Of a DNA stretch of 64,000 nucleotides, positions 12,808 to 25,345 are shown in pieces (positions within the stretch are counted from its first letter, which is position 1; every line of letters starts with the position of its first letter). The notes beneath the pieces were generated by a model. It searched no databases. It was not told where the DNA came from and worked only from the letters and a program-made list of their open reading frames with translations. The stretch lies in NCBI GenBank assembly GCA_002269645.1, contig NIVC01002315.1, positions 120,471-184,470 on the forward strand, in the 5' to 3' direction. A program made the translations under genes and the position numbers. This DNA comes from Macrostomum lignano. Taxonomy: Eukaryota.

Positions 12808-13230
12808 CTTGACACAATCACAGCCTTCCCTGACACAATCACAGCCTAACCTGACACAATTACAGCCTATCCTGACACAATCACAGCTTTCCCTGACACA
12901 ATTACAGCTTTCCCTGACACAATCACAGCTTTCCCTGACACAATCACAGCCTACCCTGACACAATCACAGCTTTCCCTGACACAATTACAGCCTATCCTG
13001 ACACAATCACAGCTTTCCCTGACACAATCACAGCCTACCCTGACACAATCTGAATCTACCCTGACACAATCACAGCCTTCCCTGACACAATTACAGCCTT
13101 CCCTGACACAATCACAGTCTAACCCGACACAATTACAGCCTATCCTGACAGAATCACAGCTTTCCCTGACACAATCCCAATCTACACTGACACAATCCCA
13201 ATCTACACTGACACAATTACAGCCTACCAT
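12808..13230. repeat. minisatellite, 21-bp unit
   Basis: (CTGACACAATCACAGCCTTCC)n with variants. Confidence 0.95.
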
Positions 13231-14144
13231 AGCCAAAATCATATAAAAGCAGATGGCCCTATTTGTTTGACACTTCTCCCTTACCCCAGAAGCCAAAACT
13301 CTACTTCCCACGCTAACAAGCGTTGAAATTGAGTCCCAATTAGAATTTAGTCCTACTCAGGGTATCTGATTGAAGCGCTCAACTCAAAAGAAGTCGCTAA
13401 AGCTATTGTGCAGAAAATTTCTCATAAACCGGGCAAATCAGGCAAATAATTATTCCCTTTGACAACACTAAAGCTCTCATGACCTACTCAGGCAAATCGC
13501 AAAGGCAGACAACTAAAAAAGAGCCGAAAAAGGGACTGCAAATGGAAACACGATGACAAGTGGCTCGAAATTTCAATGCTAAAAAAGCTTCAATATGAGA
13601 ATTGAAAAAAGGCGAGACAAAGAGACTACGACGTATGGCTGTGTTGATGGGGCGCTATCAAAGAGTCTGCATGAGCCAGCCTTTCTCGATAGGGTGGATA
13701 TTTGCCCTCAGACTAGAGGGGATTAGGGGGATACGAGAAAATCCTAAGCTATAGTCTCGAAATCCCCCGCCTAAAACCCTTGCTGCTGCGATTGCCCGCG
13801 GTTGTCAGGCCCAGCATCATGGAGGCACCGCGGCGGCAGGACCCGTGGAACTGCCTGCAGGCTTGTAGGAATGCATTGCCGCGATTATTGCAGGCTCAGA
13901 CAGTCACGTGCTGTGCTTGCCGGGCTAAGCAAGATATACATAGCCCTTGTCTCGTGCACTCAGCAATGAATCTGTGCAGTGCTTATACATGTATAGTTAC
14001 AGTCGAGAGAAAGTTCTGTACAGCTGCATTGGCTACTTATAACTGAGCGTTGGGTTGCTTTTTACGAACGATAACTATTTAAGATATCGTTATCGATATC
14101 TTAAATATCTTAAATATCTTAAATATTGCGGTATATGATACCAG

Positions 14145-14572
14145 ATAAGGTCTGGGAAGCTGGCTGCTCAGCCTGAGGCTCTGGGAGTGTGGCTGCTCAG
14201 CCTGAGGATCTGGGAGAGTTGCTGCTCAGTCTGAGGGTATGGGAGGCCGGCTGCTCAGCCTGAGGATCTGGGAGGGTTGCTGCTCAGCCTGAGGGTATGG
14301 GAGGCTGGCTGCTCAGCCTGAGGATCTGGGAGAGTTGCTGCTCAGTCTGAGGATCTGGGAGAGTTGCTGCTCAGCCTGAGGCTCTGGGAGTGTGGCTGCT
14401 CAGCCTGAGGATCTGGGAGAGTTGCTGCTCAGTCTGAGGGTATGGGAGGCAGGGAGAGTTGCTGCTCAGCCTAAGGTCTGGGAGGCTGGCTGCTCAGCCT
14501 GAGGCTCTGGGATAGTGGCTGCTCAGCCTGAGGCTCTGGGAGTGTGGCTGCTCAGCCTGAGGCTCTGGGAGG
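14145..14572. repeat. minisatellite, 29-bp unit
   Basis: (TGGCTGCTCAGCCTGAGGCTCTGGGAGTG)n with variants. Confidence 0.95.
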
Positions 14573-14689
14573 CTAACAATCGAAGAGATCGGTCATAACA
14601 CAACCCGAGAATTAGAGAGATAAGTGACTAAAAAATCGAGAAGCCAAAACTCTAAAAAACTATCGACTATCCTGAGAACGTAAAAACGC

Positions 14690-14840
14690 ACAGGCACGCT
14701 CACACAGAGTGTACAGCGGCACTGACTGTCTAATCATCAGGCATGTACACTCTGCGCCTTGGTGGTCCGCTCTCATGGGTGGGAATCGAACCAGGGGTCG
14801 CGGCGCAGGAGTCAGACGCGTTTACCGCTGAGCTGCAAAG
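14690..14840 (-). mobile_element. tRNA-derived SINE (family A)
   Basis: Minus strand GCAGCTCAGCGGTAAACGCGTCTGAC...GGTTCGATTCCC (A and B boxes) with no full cloverleaf; head and tail are similar to the copy at 40921. Confidence 0.7.
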
Positions 14841-15495
14841 GTCAGGCGCGCCGTTGGATCTCAGGAAATTGGAAAGCACCTCGAGAGGGAGAGAGGAGGT
14901 GGCACTAATAAAGGGCTTCTTAAATCAGAAATCAAATTTGCACACTCGGGGGGAAAAGTCAGAAATGCGATAAAAGGAATTGGCATGAACAGGAAATTTC
15001 AGCCACTCGATCTCTGCAGCAAAATTTGAGCTGCATCAAAACTGCTTGGGGTTAATAAGTGCCAATTTATTAAAAATGCGAGCATACAAAAATTGAAACA
15101 CAATTAAAAGAAGGCGAGCGAAAACAAAACAAAAAAACCGAACAGAAAAATCTAAGAAAAAAACAGCGGGGATTGAACAAAAGCAATTCAAGCCCAAAAA
15201 TGCCTTGCGAGAATATGATTAGCTGAAATTGTTTTTGAGGCTTCAATATAAAACTGTGAGTAGATTCTCAGACAGCAATGTGTAAAGAACCCGGGCGGAG
15301 AGTGCAAGCGCACTAAAAATACTAAGACAATAAAATATGCATGAATAAGGAAAGCTGAGCCAACACCAGTTAGGTAACACCGGTAACTGAAAATATTTCA
15401 ACGATTCCTTTTCCTCGAATCTCCTTTTTTCTGTCTAGAAAATAAAAACAAAAAATGGAAACGCACTTTTAACTGTTTCAGCAGCAAACGAAAAT

Positions 15496-18400
15496 TTATG
15501 CGCGGAAGCTGAAATCGAACAGCGAGGGCGACTCCTCGTTGGCGGCATCGGCCGCTGCCACTTCCGCTGGGGGAGTCGTGCCTGCCTGTTCGTTCTCCTC
15601 GTCTGCTGCGTCGCATAGCAACTGAAACAGTGCGAGAGGGACTAAGTGGTGAGTTACTGGGGGCGATTCTACAGGGTGTTGGAGGGGCGATTCTACAGGG
15701 TGTTGGAGAGGCGATTCTACAGGGGTGTTGGAGAGGCGATTCTACAGGGTGTTGGAGGGGCGATTCTACAGGGTGTTTGAGGGACGATTCTACAGGGTGT
15801 TGGAGGGGCGATTCTACAGGGTGTTGGAGAGGCGATTCTACAGGGGTGTTGGAGGGGCGATTCCACAGTGGCTTGAAGGGCGATTCTACGGGGGCTTGAA
15901 GGGGCGATTCTACGGGGTGTTGGAGGGGCGATTCTACGGGGTGTTGGAGGGGCGATTCCACAGGGTGTTGGAGGGGCGATTCTACGGGGTGTTGGAGGGG
16001 CGATTCTACAGGGTTGTTGGAGGGGTGATTCCACAGGGTTGTTGGAGGGGCGATTCTACAGGGTGTTTGAGGGGCGATTCTACAGGGTGTTTAAGGAGCG
16101 ATTCTACAGGGTGTTTGAGGGGCGATTCTACAGGGTGTTTGAGGGGCGATTCTACAGGGTGTTTGAGGGGCGATTCCACAGTGGCTTGAAGGGCGATTCT
16201 ACGGGGTGTTTGAGGGGCGATTCCACAGGGTCTTGAAAGGGCGATTTTACGGGGTGTTGGAGGGGCGATTCCACAGGGGCTTGAAGGGCGATTCTACGGG
16301 GTGTTTGAGGGGCGATTCCACAGGGTCTTGAAGGGCGATTCTACGGGGTGTTGGAGGGGCGATTCTACAGGGTGTTGGAGGGGCGATTCTACGGGGTGTT
16401 GGAGGGGCGATTCCACAGGGTGTTGGAGGGGCGATTCTACGGGGTGTTGGAGGGGCGATTCCACAGGGTCTTGAAGGGCGATTCTACGGGGTGTTGGAGG
16501 GGCGATTCTACAGGGTGTTGGAGGGGCGATTCTACGGGGTGTTGGAGGGGCGATTCCACAGGGTCTTGAAGGGCGATTCTACGGGGTGTTTGAGGGGCGA
16601 TTCTACAGGGTTGTTGGAGGGGTGATTCCACAGGGTTGTTGGAGGGGCGATTCTACAGGGTTGTTGGAGGGGCGATTCCACAGGGTTGTTGGAGGGGCGA
16701 TTCCACAGGGTTGTTGGAGGGGCGATTCCACAGGGGCTTGGAGGGGCGATTCTACAGGGTTGTTGGAGGGGTGATTCCACAGGGTTGTTTGAGGGGCGAT
16801 TCTACAGGGTTGTTGGAGGGGTGATTCCACAGGGTTGTTGGAGGGGCGATTCCACAGGGTTGTTGGAGGGGCGATTCCACAGGGGCTTGGAGGGGCGATT
16901 CTACAGGGTTGTTGGAGGGGTGATTCCACAGGGTTGTTTGAGGGGCGATTCTACAGGGTTGTTGGAGGGGTGATTCCACAGGGTTGTTGGAGGGGCGATT
17001 CTACAGGGTTGTTGGAGGGGCGATTCTACAGGGTTGTTGGAGGGGTGATTCCACAGGGTTGTTGGAGGGGCGATTCTACAGGGTTGTTGGAGGGGCGATT
17101 CTACAGGGTTGTTGGAGGGGCGATTCCACAGGGTTGTTGGAGGGGCGATTCTACAGGGTTGTTGGAGGGGCGATTCTACAGGGTTGTTGGAGGGGCGATT
17201 CCACAGGGTTGTTGGAGGGGCGATTCTACAGGGTTGTTGGAGGGGCGATTCCACAGGGTTGTTGGAGGGGCGATTCTACAGGGTTGTTGGAGGGGCGATT
17301 CCACAGGGGCTTGAAGGGCGAGTTCACAGTGCTGAATTTATAGACATACAAATTTTGGGTTAATAAGCCAAGTTGTCGGTGTTTCTAAATGAAAAAAGCG
17401 CATTAGGTATACCGAACTGGATGAAGCCCCAGTAGAAGTACCCGTTGAAATAATTGAGCAGAAAAAAAATTATCAAAAGAATTCTTATACATACAGCTAA
17501 AATTAATTTTGTTTTTAGAATCTATTTTGGCACTGCTAGAAGTTGAGGCTTGAGAAGCATTCTTATAAATATACACTGTACTGTTGGCAAACTTCAGCTT
17601 CACTTGGCACACTTGCTGCTCCTAGAAGAGGGAGAGAGCCCCCCGATAGTTAGCAATAAATAAGACTGAAGCACGAAAACAGGATGTAAAGCCTGGCTCG
17701 AAATAAATCGTAATGTATGGCTGCATTTCAAAACCAGATGCAAACAGTTTAAAGCAGTCTGTAAATCGAGCTGACTGTTGCTATGCGGAGTGCTGCAATC
17801 GCTTCCGATATGCACAGAAGAATGCAGAGACTTTAAGGCTGTAAAAAGTGTTCCCTTCTACAGCCGGCCAAGTTGCTAGAGAGACTGTCGCCCTGCACGC
17901 GGTTTCCGCCCGGGTTTGTGCCAACACGCCGCCCCCTCCCACCTCCTTCACAGCATCAAGGCAGCGCGGGCAATTCAGTGGGATTATTTGCCTAACTACG
18001 CATATAGCCACAGGCCATGCACTGTCGCGGCGGTCAATTCAACAGTAGGCCGGACGGACAGACAGAACAAGGCGGGAGAGAGTAAGGCTTGTAAGCAGCA
18101 ATCGAAATGACCAAAATTGCATGGCCAGCAGGCCTCAAGGGAAAGCCTGAACGGCGGGTCGAGTTAAAGCACCGAATTGGATAGCGGCAGCTTGAAGATG
18201 GCCTCTGGCCCACTTGACTAAATTTGCGGCGCCCGCAAGCGCTCGATGCCACGGCTTAAAATTCACGCTCGAATGCTCGGAATTAGAAAATATAATAATA
18301 ATGCTGACTTGTAAGTGCTTCGCTCCCTGCTAGGCTCTGCTTTGAGTTGCAAGGTTGGAACTCGAATTCTTTTAACAGTTTTACTCAACAAGTGGCCAGT

Positions 18401-21400
18401 ATTTTTACGAATGAAATTTAAAGCGTCCGCGGAGACTTCCCTACAGACGGAATTTGCTGTGACAATCTAATCAAATCCTTGATTAGAGAAGGAGAATTCG
18501 ATTCGGTTTGGAAACTACGCGTTTTTTCAATTCATTGAGTACAGCATGATGAAGGACTCAGACTCCGCGGAATCAATTCATTGAGTACAGCATGATGAAG
18601 GACTCAGACTCTGTGGAATCAATTCATTGAGTACAGAATGATGAAGGACTCAGACTCTGTGGAATCAATTCATTGAGTACATCATGATGAAGGACTCAGA
18701 CTCTGTGGAATCAATTCATTGAGTACAGCATGATGAAGGACTCAGACTCTGTGGAATCAATTCATTGAGTACAGCATGATGAAGGACTCAGACTCTGCGG
18801 AATCAATTCATTGAGTACATCATGATGAAGGACTCAGACTCTGTGGAATCAATTCATTGAGTACATCATGATGAAGGACTCAGACTCTGTGGAATCAATT
18901 CATTGAGTACATCATGATGAAGGACTCAGACTCTGTGGAATCAATTCATTGAGTACATCATGATGAAGGACTCAGACTCTGTGGAATCAATTCATTGAGC
19001 AACAGCATGATGAAGGACTCAGACTCTGTGGAATCAATTAATTGAGCAACAGCATGATGAAGGACTCAGACTCTGTGGAATCAATTCATTGAGCAACAGC
19101 ATGATGAAGGACTCAGACTCTGTGGAATCAATTCATTTAGCAACAGCATGATGAAGGACTCAGACTCTGTGGAATCAATTAATTGAGCACATCATGATGA
19201 AGGACTCAGACTCTGTGGAATCAATTCATTGAGCAACAGCATGATGAAGGACTCAGACTCTGTGGAATCAATTCATTGAGTACAGCATGATGAAGGACTC
19301 AGACTCCGCGGAATCAATTCATTGAGTACAGAATGATGAAGGACTCAGACTCTGTGGAATCAATTAATTGAGCAACAGCATGATGAAGGACTCAGACTCT
19401 GTGGAATCAATTCATTGAGTACAGCATGATGAAGGACTCAGACTCTGTGGAATCAATTCATTGAGTACAGCATGATGAAGGACTCAGACTCTGTGGAATC
19501 AATTAATTGAGCAACAGCATGATGAAGGACTCAGACTCTGTGGAATCAATTCATTTAGCAACAGCATGATGAAGGACTCAGACTCTGGAATCAATTAATT
19601 GAGCAACAGCATGATGAAGGACTCAGACTCTGTGGAATCAATTAATTGAGCAACAGCATGATGAAGGACTCAGACTCTGTGAAATCAATTCATTGAGCAC
19701 AGCATGATGAAGGACTCAGACTCTGTGGAATCAATTAATTGAGCAACAGCATGATGAAGGACTCAGACTCTGTGGAATCAATTAATTGAGCAACAGCATG
19801 ATGAAGGACTCAGACTCTGGAATCAATTCATTGAGCAACAGCATGATGAAGGACTCAGACTCTGGAATCAATTAATTGAGCACATCATGATGAAGGACTC
19901 AGACTCTGTGGAATCAATTCATTGAGTACAGCATGATGAAGGACTCAGACTCTGGAATCAATTCATTGAGCAACAGCATGATGAAGTACCCAGAGTAATT
20001 CAGATCCCAACGGTCTATCGAAAGTGAAAACCGAATAAATTTAGCTAGAGATCTGAGATGAATCAAAAGGAAAGCCGGCGCCTTTAATTTGATTTCCAAT
20101 GTTGGATAGCATGCACAAAGAAGCGGCCAGCTCTAATCTGTTAATTATAAAAGTACAAGTGCCATGGGCACAGGCTAGACAGATTACTATTAAGAAAAGT
20201 AAATTAAACTGCATATTAAATGAGCAGCCCTCCTACCTCGGATAGAGCATCTCGTATAGTTGGAGTTTTACGACGCAGCCGCAAATTCGATTTACGCTTC
20301 GGGGTTGGCGTTAAATCCGCCAGCGGAGGTTGCGGTTGTGCGCAGACAGGCGCTGGCTGACTGCTAGCATTGGTGTCTGCGGGACAAAGGCAATGCATTG
20401 GCTCTGTGCAAAACAAAATTGGCAGCTTTGTGCTTAATAAATTGCCGATCATTTTGTAAAACACAGCTTGGGTCCCGTATAGAGGGTGACCCAGGCAGGC
20501 AGGCGGAACGCAAGAGGACGGATGATGGATAGAGGCGGGGTGTGACAGGGGGCGGAAGGTGGATAAAGGCGGGGTGTGACAGGGGGCGGAAGGTGGATAA
20601 AGGCGGGATGTGACAGGGGGCGGAGGATGGATAGGGGCGGGATGTGACAGGGGGTGGAGGATGGATAGGGGCGGGATGTGACAGGGGGTGGAGGATGGAT
20701 AGGGGCGGGATGTGACAGGGGGTGGAGGATGGATAGGGGCGGGATGTGACAGGGGGTGGAGGATGGATAGGGGCGGGATGTGACAGGGGGTGGAGGATGG
20801 ATAGGGGCGGGATGTGACAGGGGGTGGAGGATGGATAGAGCGGGATGTGACAGGGGGTGGAGGATGGATAGGGGCGGGATGTGACAGGGGGTGGAGGATG
20901 GATAGGGGCGGGATGTGACAGGGGGTGGAGTATGGATAGAGCGGGATGTGACAGGGGGTGGAGGATGGATAGAGCGGGATGTGACAGGGGGTGGAGGATG
21001 GATAGGGGCGGGATGTGACAGGGGGTGGAGGATGGATAGGGGCGGGATGTGACAGGGGTGGAGGATGGATAGGGGCGGGATGTGACAGGGGTGGAGGATG
21101 GATAGAGCGGGATGTGACAGGGGGTGGAGGATGGATAGGGGCGGGATGTGACAGGGGGTGGAGGATGGATAGGGGCGGGATGTGACAGGGGGTGGAGGAT
21201 GGATAGGGTGGGATGTGACAGGGGGTGGAGGATGGATAGGGGCGGGATGTGACAGGGGGTGGAGGATGGATAGAGCGGGATGTGACAGGGGGTGGAGGAT
21301 GGATAGAGCGGGATGTGACAGGGGGTGGAGGATGGATAGGGGCGGAAGTGACAGGGGGTGGAGGATGGATAGGGGCGGGATGTGACAGGGGGTGGAGGAT

Positions 21401-23580
21401 GGATAGAGCGGGATGTGACAGGGGGTGGAGGATGGATAGGGGCGGGATGTGACAGGGGGTGGAGGATGGATAGAGCGGGATGTGACAGGGGGTGGAGGAT
21501 GGATAGGGCGGGATGTGACCTGGCGGTAGATAATTTTATAATTGGATAAGTTTAGCAACGCTAATAAAAGAAGATATCTGGTAGTCAATGTCGAAGACAA
21601 TTAATATTCATTATGATACAGCTAATTTACATTATCCACTCACTAAATAAAGTACTATTTTAGTTATAGATGTGAGAAATACAGAAGTAGATTAAAATGC
21701 TGATTGCAGGATCATAAGCCAGAGAAGTAAACTATGATGATGATATATGGCGACGCGGTTAGGCCGGCCTCAAAGAGCAACCACACTATAGCAACTTCTT
21801 GCCGAGGTAAATGTATAGCAACAAAAAATCGAAGCCAATATTTCACGCGCAGGCCCAGAATCGGCAATAAAAAAAGCTCACAGCCACCCCCACCCCCTAG
21901 CCACAGTCCTAGCGCTCACCGTTGCAGAGTTCAAACACGGTACTTTGCTGAGTAGAATTGGCCGCCGCGCTAAAACTCATGGCCGCCATGTGGTTGAGCA
22001 CTGAAATTGATAAAAAATTTCAAATATCCTAATCTGTTTGACAGATCTAGAGAGAGCGAGAGAACTTATATTTATTCAGATTGCAATATATGCAAAAAAA
22101 TTATGCGCAATCAATTTTCAATACGATTTTTATAAAATAACGCTGGTTAACTACTTAATAATTATGACTAAGTAGTATGAATTGGGTGCGAAAACTCACG
22201 CTGGTCGAGTTTGGCGGTGATAGCAGCCAGGCTATGCGCCTGCTGCGCTTCCATAGCCTGAAACCGGCCGTTCATAAAGTCCCACAGATCCTGCACTGTT
22301 GCCTCGCCAAGCTGCAGCAGGCTGGCAGCTGGCACCGACGGCTGACTGCTGTAACGCGTCCAATCAGTTTGAGTAGCCAGCCCTGGCCTGAACTGTTGCT
22401 GACTGTGCCCGGAGCTCATTGCTCCACTGGCTGGAGTGCCTGTGCGCCCAATTGAATTGCTTGATAGTGTTGTAGCCTGACTGTGCCCGGTGCGGCCTCG
22501 CTTGCTGGCTGATTGGTCCTGCTGGCTCATCGATCGCTTCAGGCTCCATGCCTGAGGCTCCGAGGACCGCTGGCTGAATGCCTGGCTAGCGCTGGCCCGC
22601 TGTTGTCCTTGACTGCCGCTGCCGATCTGCTCCGAGGACCGCTGGCTGAATGCCTGGCCAACACTGGCCCGCTGTTGTCCTTGACAACTGGCCCGATGAG
22701 TTGGTCTCTGGCTAGAAGCCTGACTTCCATCTCTAGAGTTTAGTTGCCCTTGACGACCGCCGGTCTTAGTTACTCTCTGGCTGAAGGCCTCACCAGTAGG
22801 AGCTGCGAATGGCATTTGGCTGGAGGAGCCTTGACTAAATCCCCCCATATATTGGCCGGCTTGGCGTCCTTGGTTACCATCGGGCGGAGGTCTCTGATTG
22901 AAGCTGTCGCCAGCCCAAGCGACTGCTACGCGGCCCTGATAGCCGTCTCGATTTACCCATTGATTAAATCCCGCGGGATTCGAATTCCGGACTACTGACG
23001 AGCGTCCTTGGTAACCACCGGTTTGCTCTAGGCGTTGACTAAAGCCTAGGCTCTGTTGCACCGAAGGTATGACCTGAGACGACGACTGGTACATAGCTGC
23101 AATGCAATAGTCATATGGACTGGCTAAAATAAAAGATCCAAGTGATCTAAGACTTGAAAGATCTAAATAATGGCCAATACCACTGATTTGACAGAAGCAT
23201 AGGACTATTAAATCAAATTTGGCGGGGACCACTGGTTTGACAAGACCGAAGACCAATAAATCTCAATGGCCGAGGACCACTGACTAGACAGGGCCGAGGA
23301 CCACTAAGTTAATAGGACAAGGTCAAGGACCACTGCATCGAATTGGTCACATTGGTCACAATTACAATGACAGAATATCACAAAAACTACTATAATTAAA
23401 TTGGCCAAGGACCACTAAAACCGACAAGAGCCAAAAACGCGACTCACAGCCAGACTGCCAGGACATGACGGGCTGCGAGCTGTGCCGAGAAAACAGCGGC
23501 CGATCGCGAGTGTCGTCAAATGCCGGCACAGAATCGCCGCCGCCGATGGCCGCGCCGCGCCTACTGGCATTGAAGTTCAT
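15496..23580 (-). CDS. uncharacterised multi-exon protein: N-terminal SQ/FSQR-repeat disordered region, coiled coil, short globular segment, acidic tail
   Basis: Phase-consistent GT-AG exons 23580-23448, 23096-22200, 22000-21920 and 20403-~20237. Downstream exons ~20043-19990, 18445-18312, 17991-17943, 17621-17495, ~17384-17350 and terminal 15621-15496 (LLCDAADEENEQ...SLFDFSFRA*). Two junctions (near 20240 and 17490) could not be resolved, so the 3' half is tentative. No family recognised. Confidence 0.6.
15655..17325. repeat. intronic minisatellite, 24/25-bp unit
   Basis: (GGGGCGATTCTACAGGG(T)TGTTGGA)n over ~1.67 kb, with variant blocks. Confidence 0.97.
18528..19985. repeat. intronic tandem repeat, 46/47-bp unit
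   Basis: (GAATCAATTCATTGAGTACAGCATGATGAAGGACTCAGACTCTGTG)n, about 31 copies. Confidence 0.97.
20520..21518. repeat. intronic G-rich minisatellite, 34-bp unit
   Basis: (GATGGATAGGGGCGGGATGTGACAGGGGGTGGAG)n, about 29 copies. Confidence 0.97.
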
Positions 23581-23964
23581 CGGTATGAGCTCAGCAACAC
23601 CTGGCCAGCATTAAGCCGCATGAAAAAAATAATATTAAACATATTGAAATTCATTCACTGATACTACTAGCGTTCAATGCTACAAAAAATAACAATATCG
23701 TCATAGCTAGAAATGTTAGCGCCATAGATTTGCCAGCCTGTAAAGCGGGCAATGTTGCGAGAAAAGACAACGGAGCATTTCTGAGCGCATAGAACTGTCC
23801 TGTTACCAGGTACAATATTAATGCGTGGCTAGCCGTATTAACCATATAGCGAAATTTCACTATAATCGCACCGTGCATCACTCAAGACCGGGAGGCAATA
23901 TGCTGGGCCTAATGGCGTATTAACTATGCGTGTCTTTTATTAGGGCACTCGTCCTTTATCTTAT

Positions 23965-25345
23965 CGGTTAAGGGGTCCAGGGAATCTATCAGTCAATGGG
24001 TCAAGGATCCAGGGAAATCCATGAGTCAATGGGTCGAGGAATCCAAGGGAACCCATGAGTCAATGGGTCGAGGGATGCAGGGGAATCCATGAGTCAGTGG
24101 GTCAAGGGATCCAGGGGAATCCATGAGTCAATGGGTCAAGGGATCTAGGTAATCCATCAGTCAATGGATCCAGTGATCCAGGGGAATCCATCAGTCAATG
24201 GGTCAAGAGATCTAGGTAATCCATCAGTCAATGGATCCAGTGATCCAGGGGAATCCATCAGTCAATGGGTCAAGGGATCCAGGGGAATCCATCAGTCAAT
24301 GGGTCAACCGGTCAAGGGATACAGGGAATCCATGAGTCAATGGGTCAAGGGATCCAGAGAATTCATGAGTCAATAGGTCAAGGGATCCAGGGGAATCCAT
24401 CAGTCAATGGGTCAAGGGATCCAGGGGAATCCATCAGTGAATGGGTCAAGGGATATAGGGGAATCCATCAGTCAATGGGTCAAGGGATCCAGGGAATCCA
24501 TGAGTCAATGGGTCAAGGGATCCAGATAATTCATGAGTCAATGAGTCAAGGGATCCAGGGGAATCCATCAGTCAATGAGTCAAGGGATCCAGGGGAATCC
24601 ATCACTCAATAGGTCAAGGGATCCAGGGGAATCCATCAGTCAATGGGTCAAGGGATCCAGGGAATCCATGAGTCAATGGGTCAAGGGATCCAGGGGAATC
24701 CATGAGTCAATGGGTCAAGGGATCTAGGTAATCCATCAGTCAATGGATCCAGTGATCCACGGGAATCCATCAGTCAATGGGTCAAGAGATCTAGGTAATC
24801 CGTCAGTCAATGGATCCAGTGATCCAGGGGAATCCATCAGTCAATGGGTCAAGGGATCCAGGGGAATCCATCAGTCAATGGGTCAACCGGTCAAGGGATA
24901 CAGGGAATCCATGAGTCAATGGGTCAAGGGATCCAGAGAATTCATGAGTCAATAGGTCAAGGGATCCAGGGGAATCCATCAGTCAATGGGTCAAGGGATC
25001 CAGGGGAATCCATCAGTCAATGGGTCAAGGGATATAGGGGAATCCATGAGTCAATGGGTCAAGGGATCCAGGGAATCCATGAGTCAATGGGTCAAGGGAT
25101 CCAGATAATTCATGAGTCAATGAGTCAAGGGATCCAGGGGAATCCATCAGTCAATGAGTCAAGGGATCCAGGGGAATCCATCAGTCAATAGGTCAAGGGA
25201 TCCAGGGGAATCCATCAGTCAATAGGTCAAGGGATCCAGGGGAATCCATGAGTCAATGGGTCAAGGGATCCAAGGGAATCCATGAGTCAATGGGTCAAGA
25301 ATCCAGGGGAATCCATGAGTCAATGGGTCAAGTTACCCATGAGTC
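23965..25345. repeat. minisatellite, 33/34-bp unit with a 579-bp higher-order duplication
   Basis: (GGGTCAAGGGATCCAGGGGAATCCAT(C/G)AGTCAAT)n; identical or near-identical ORF translations recur at 24164/24743 and 24265/24844 (offset 579). Confidence 0.95.
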
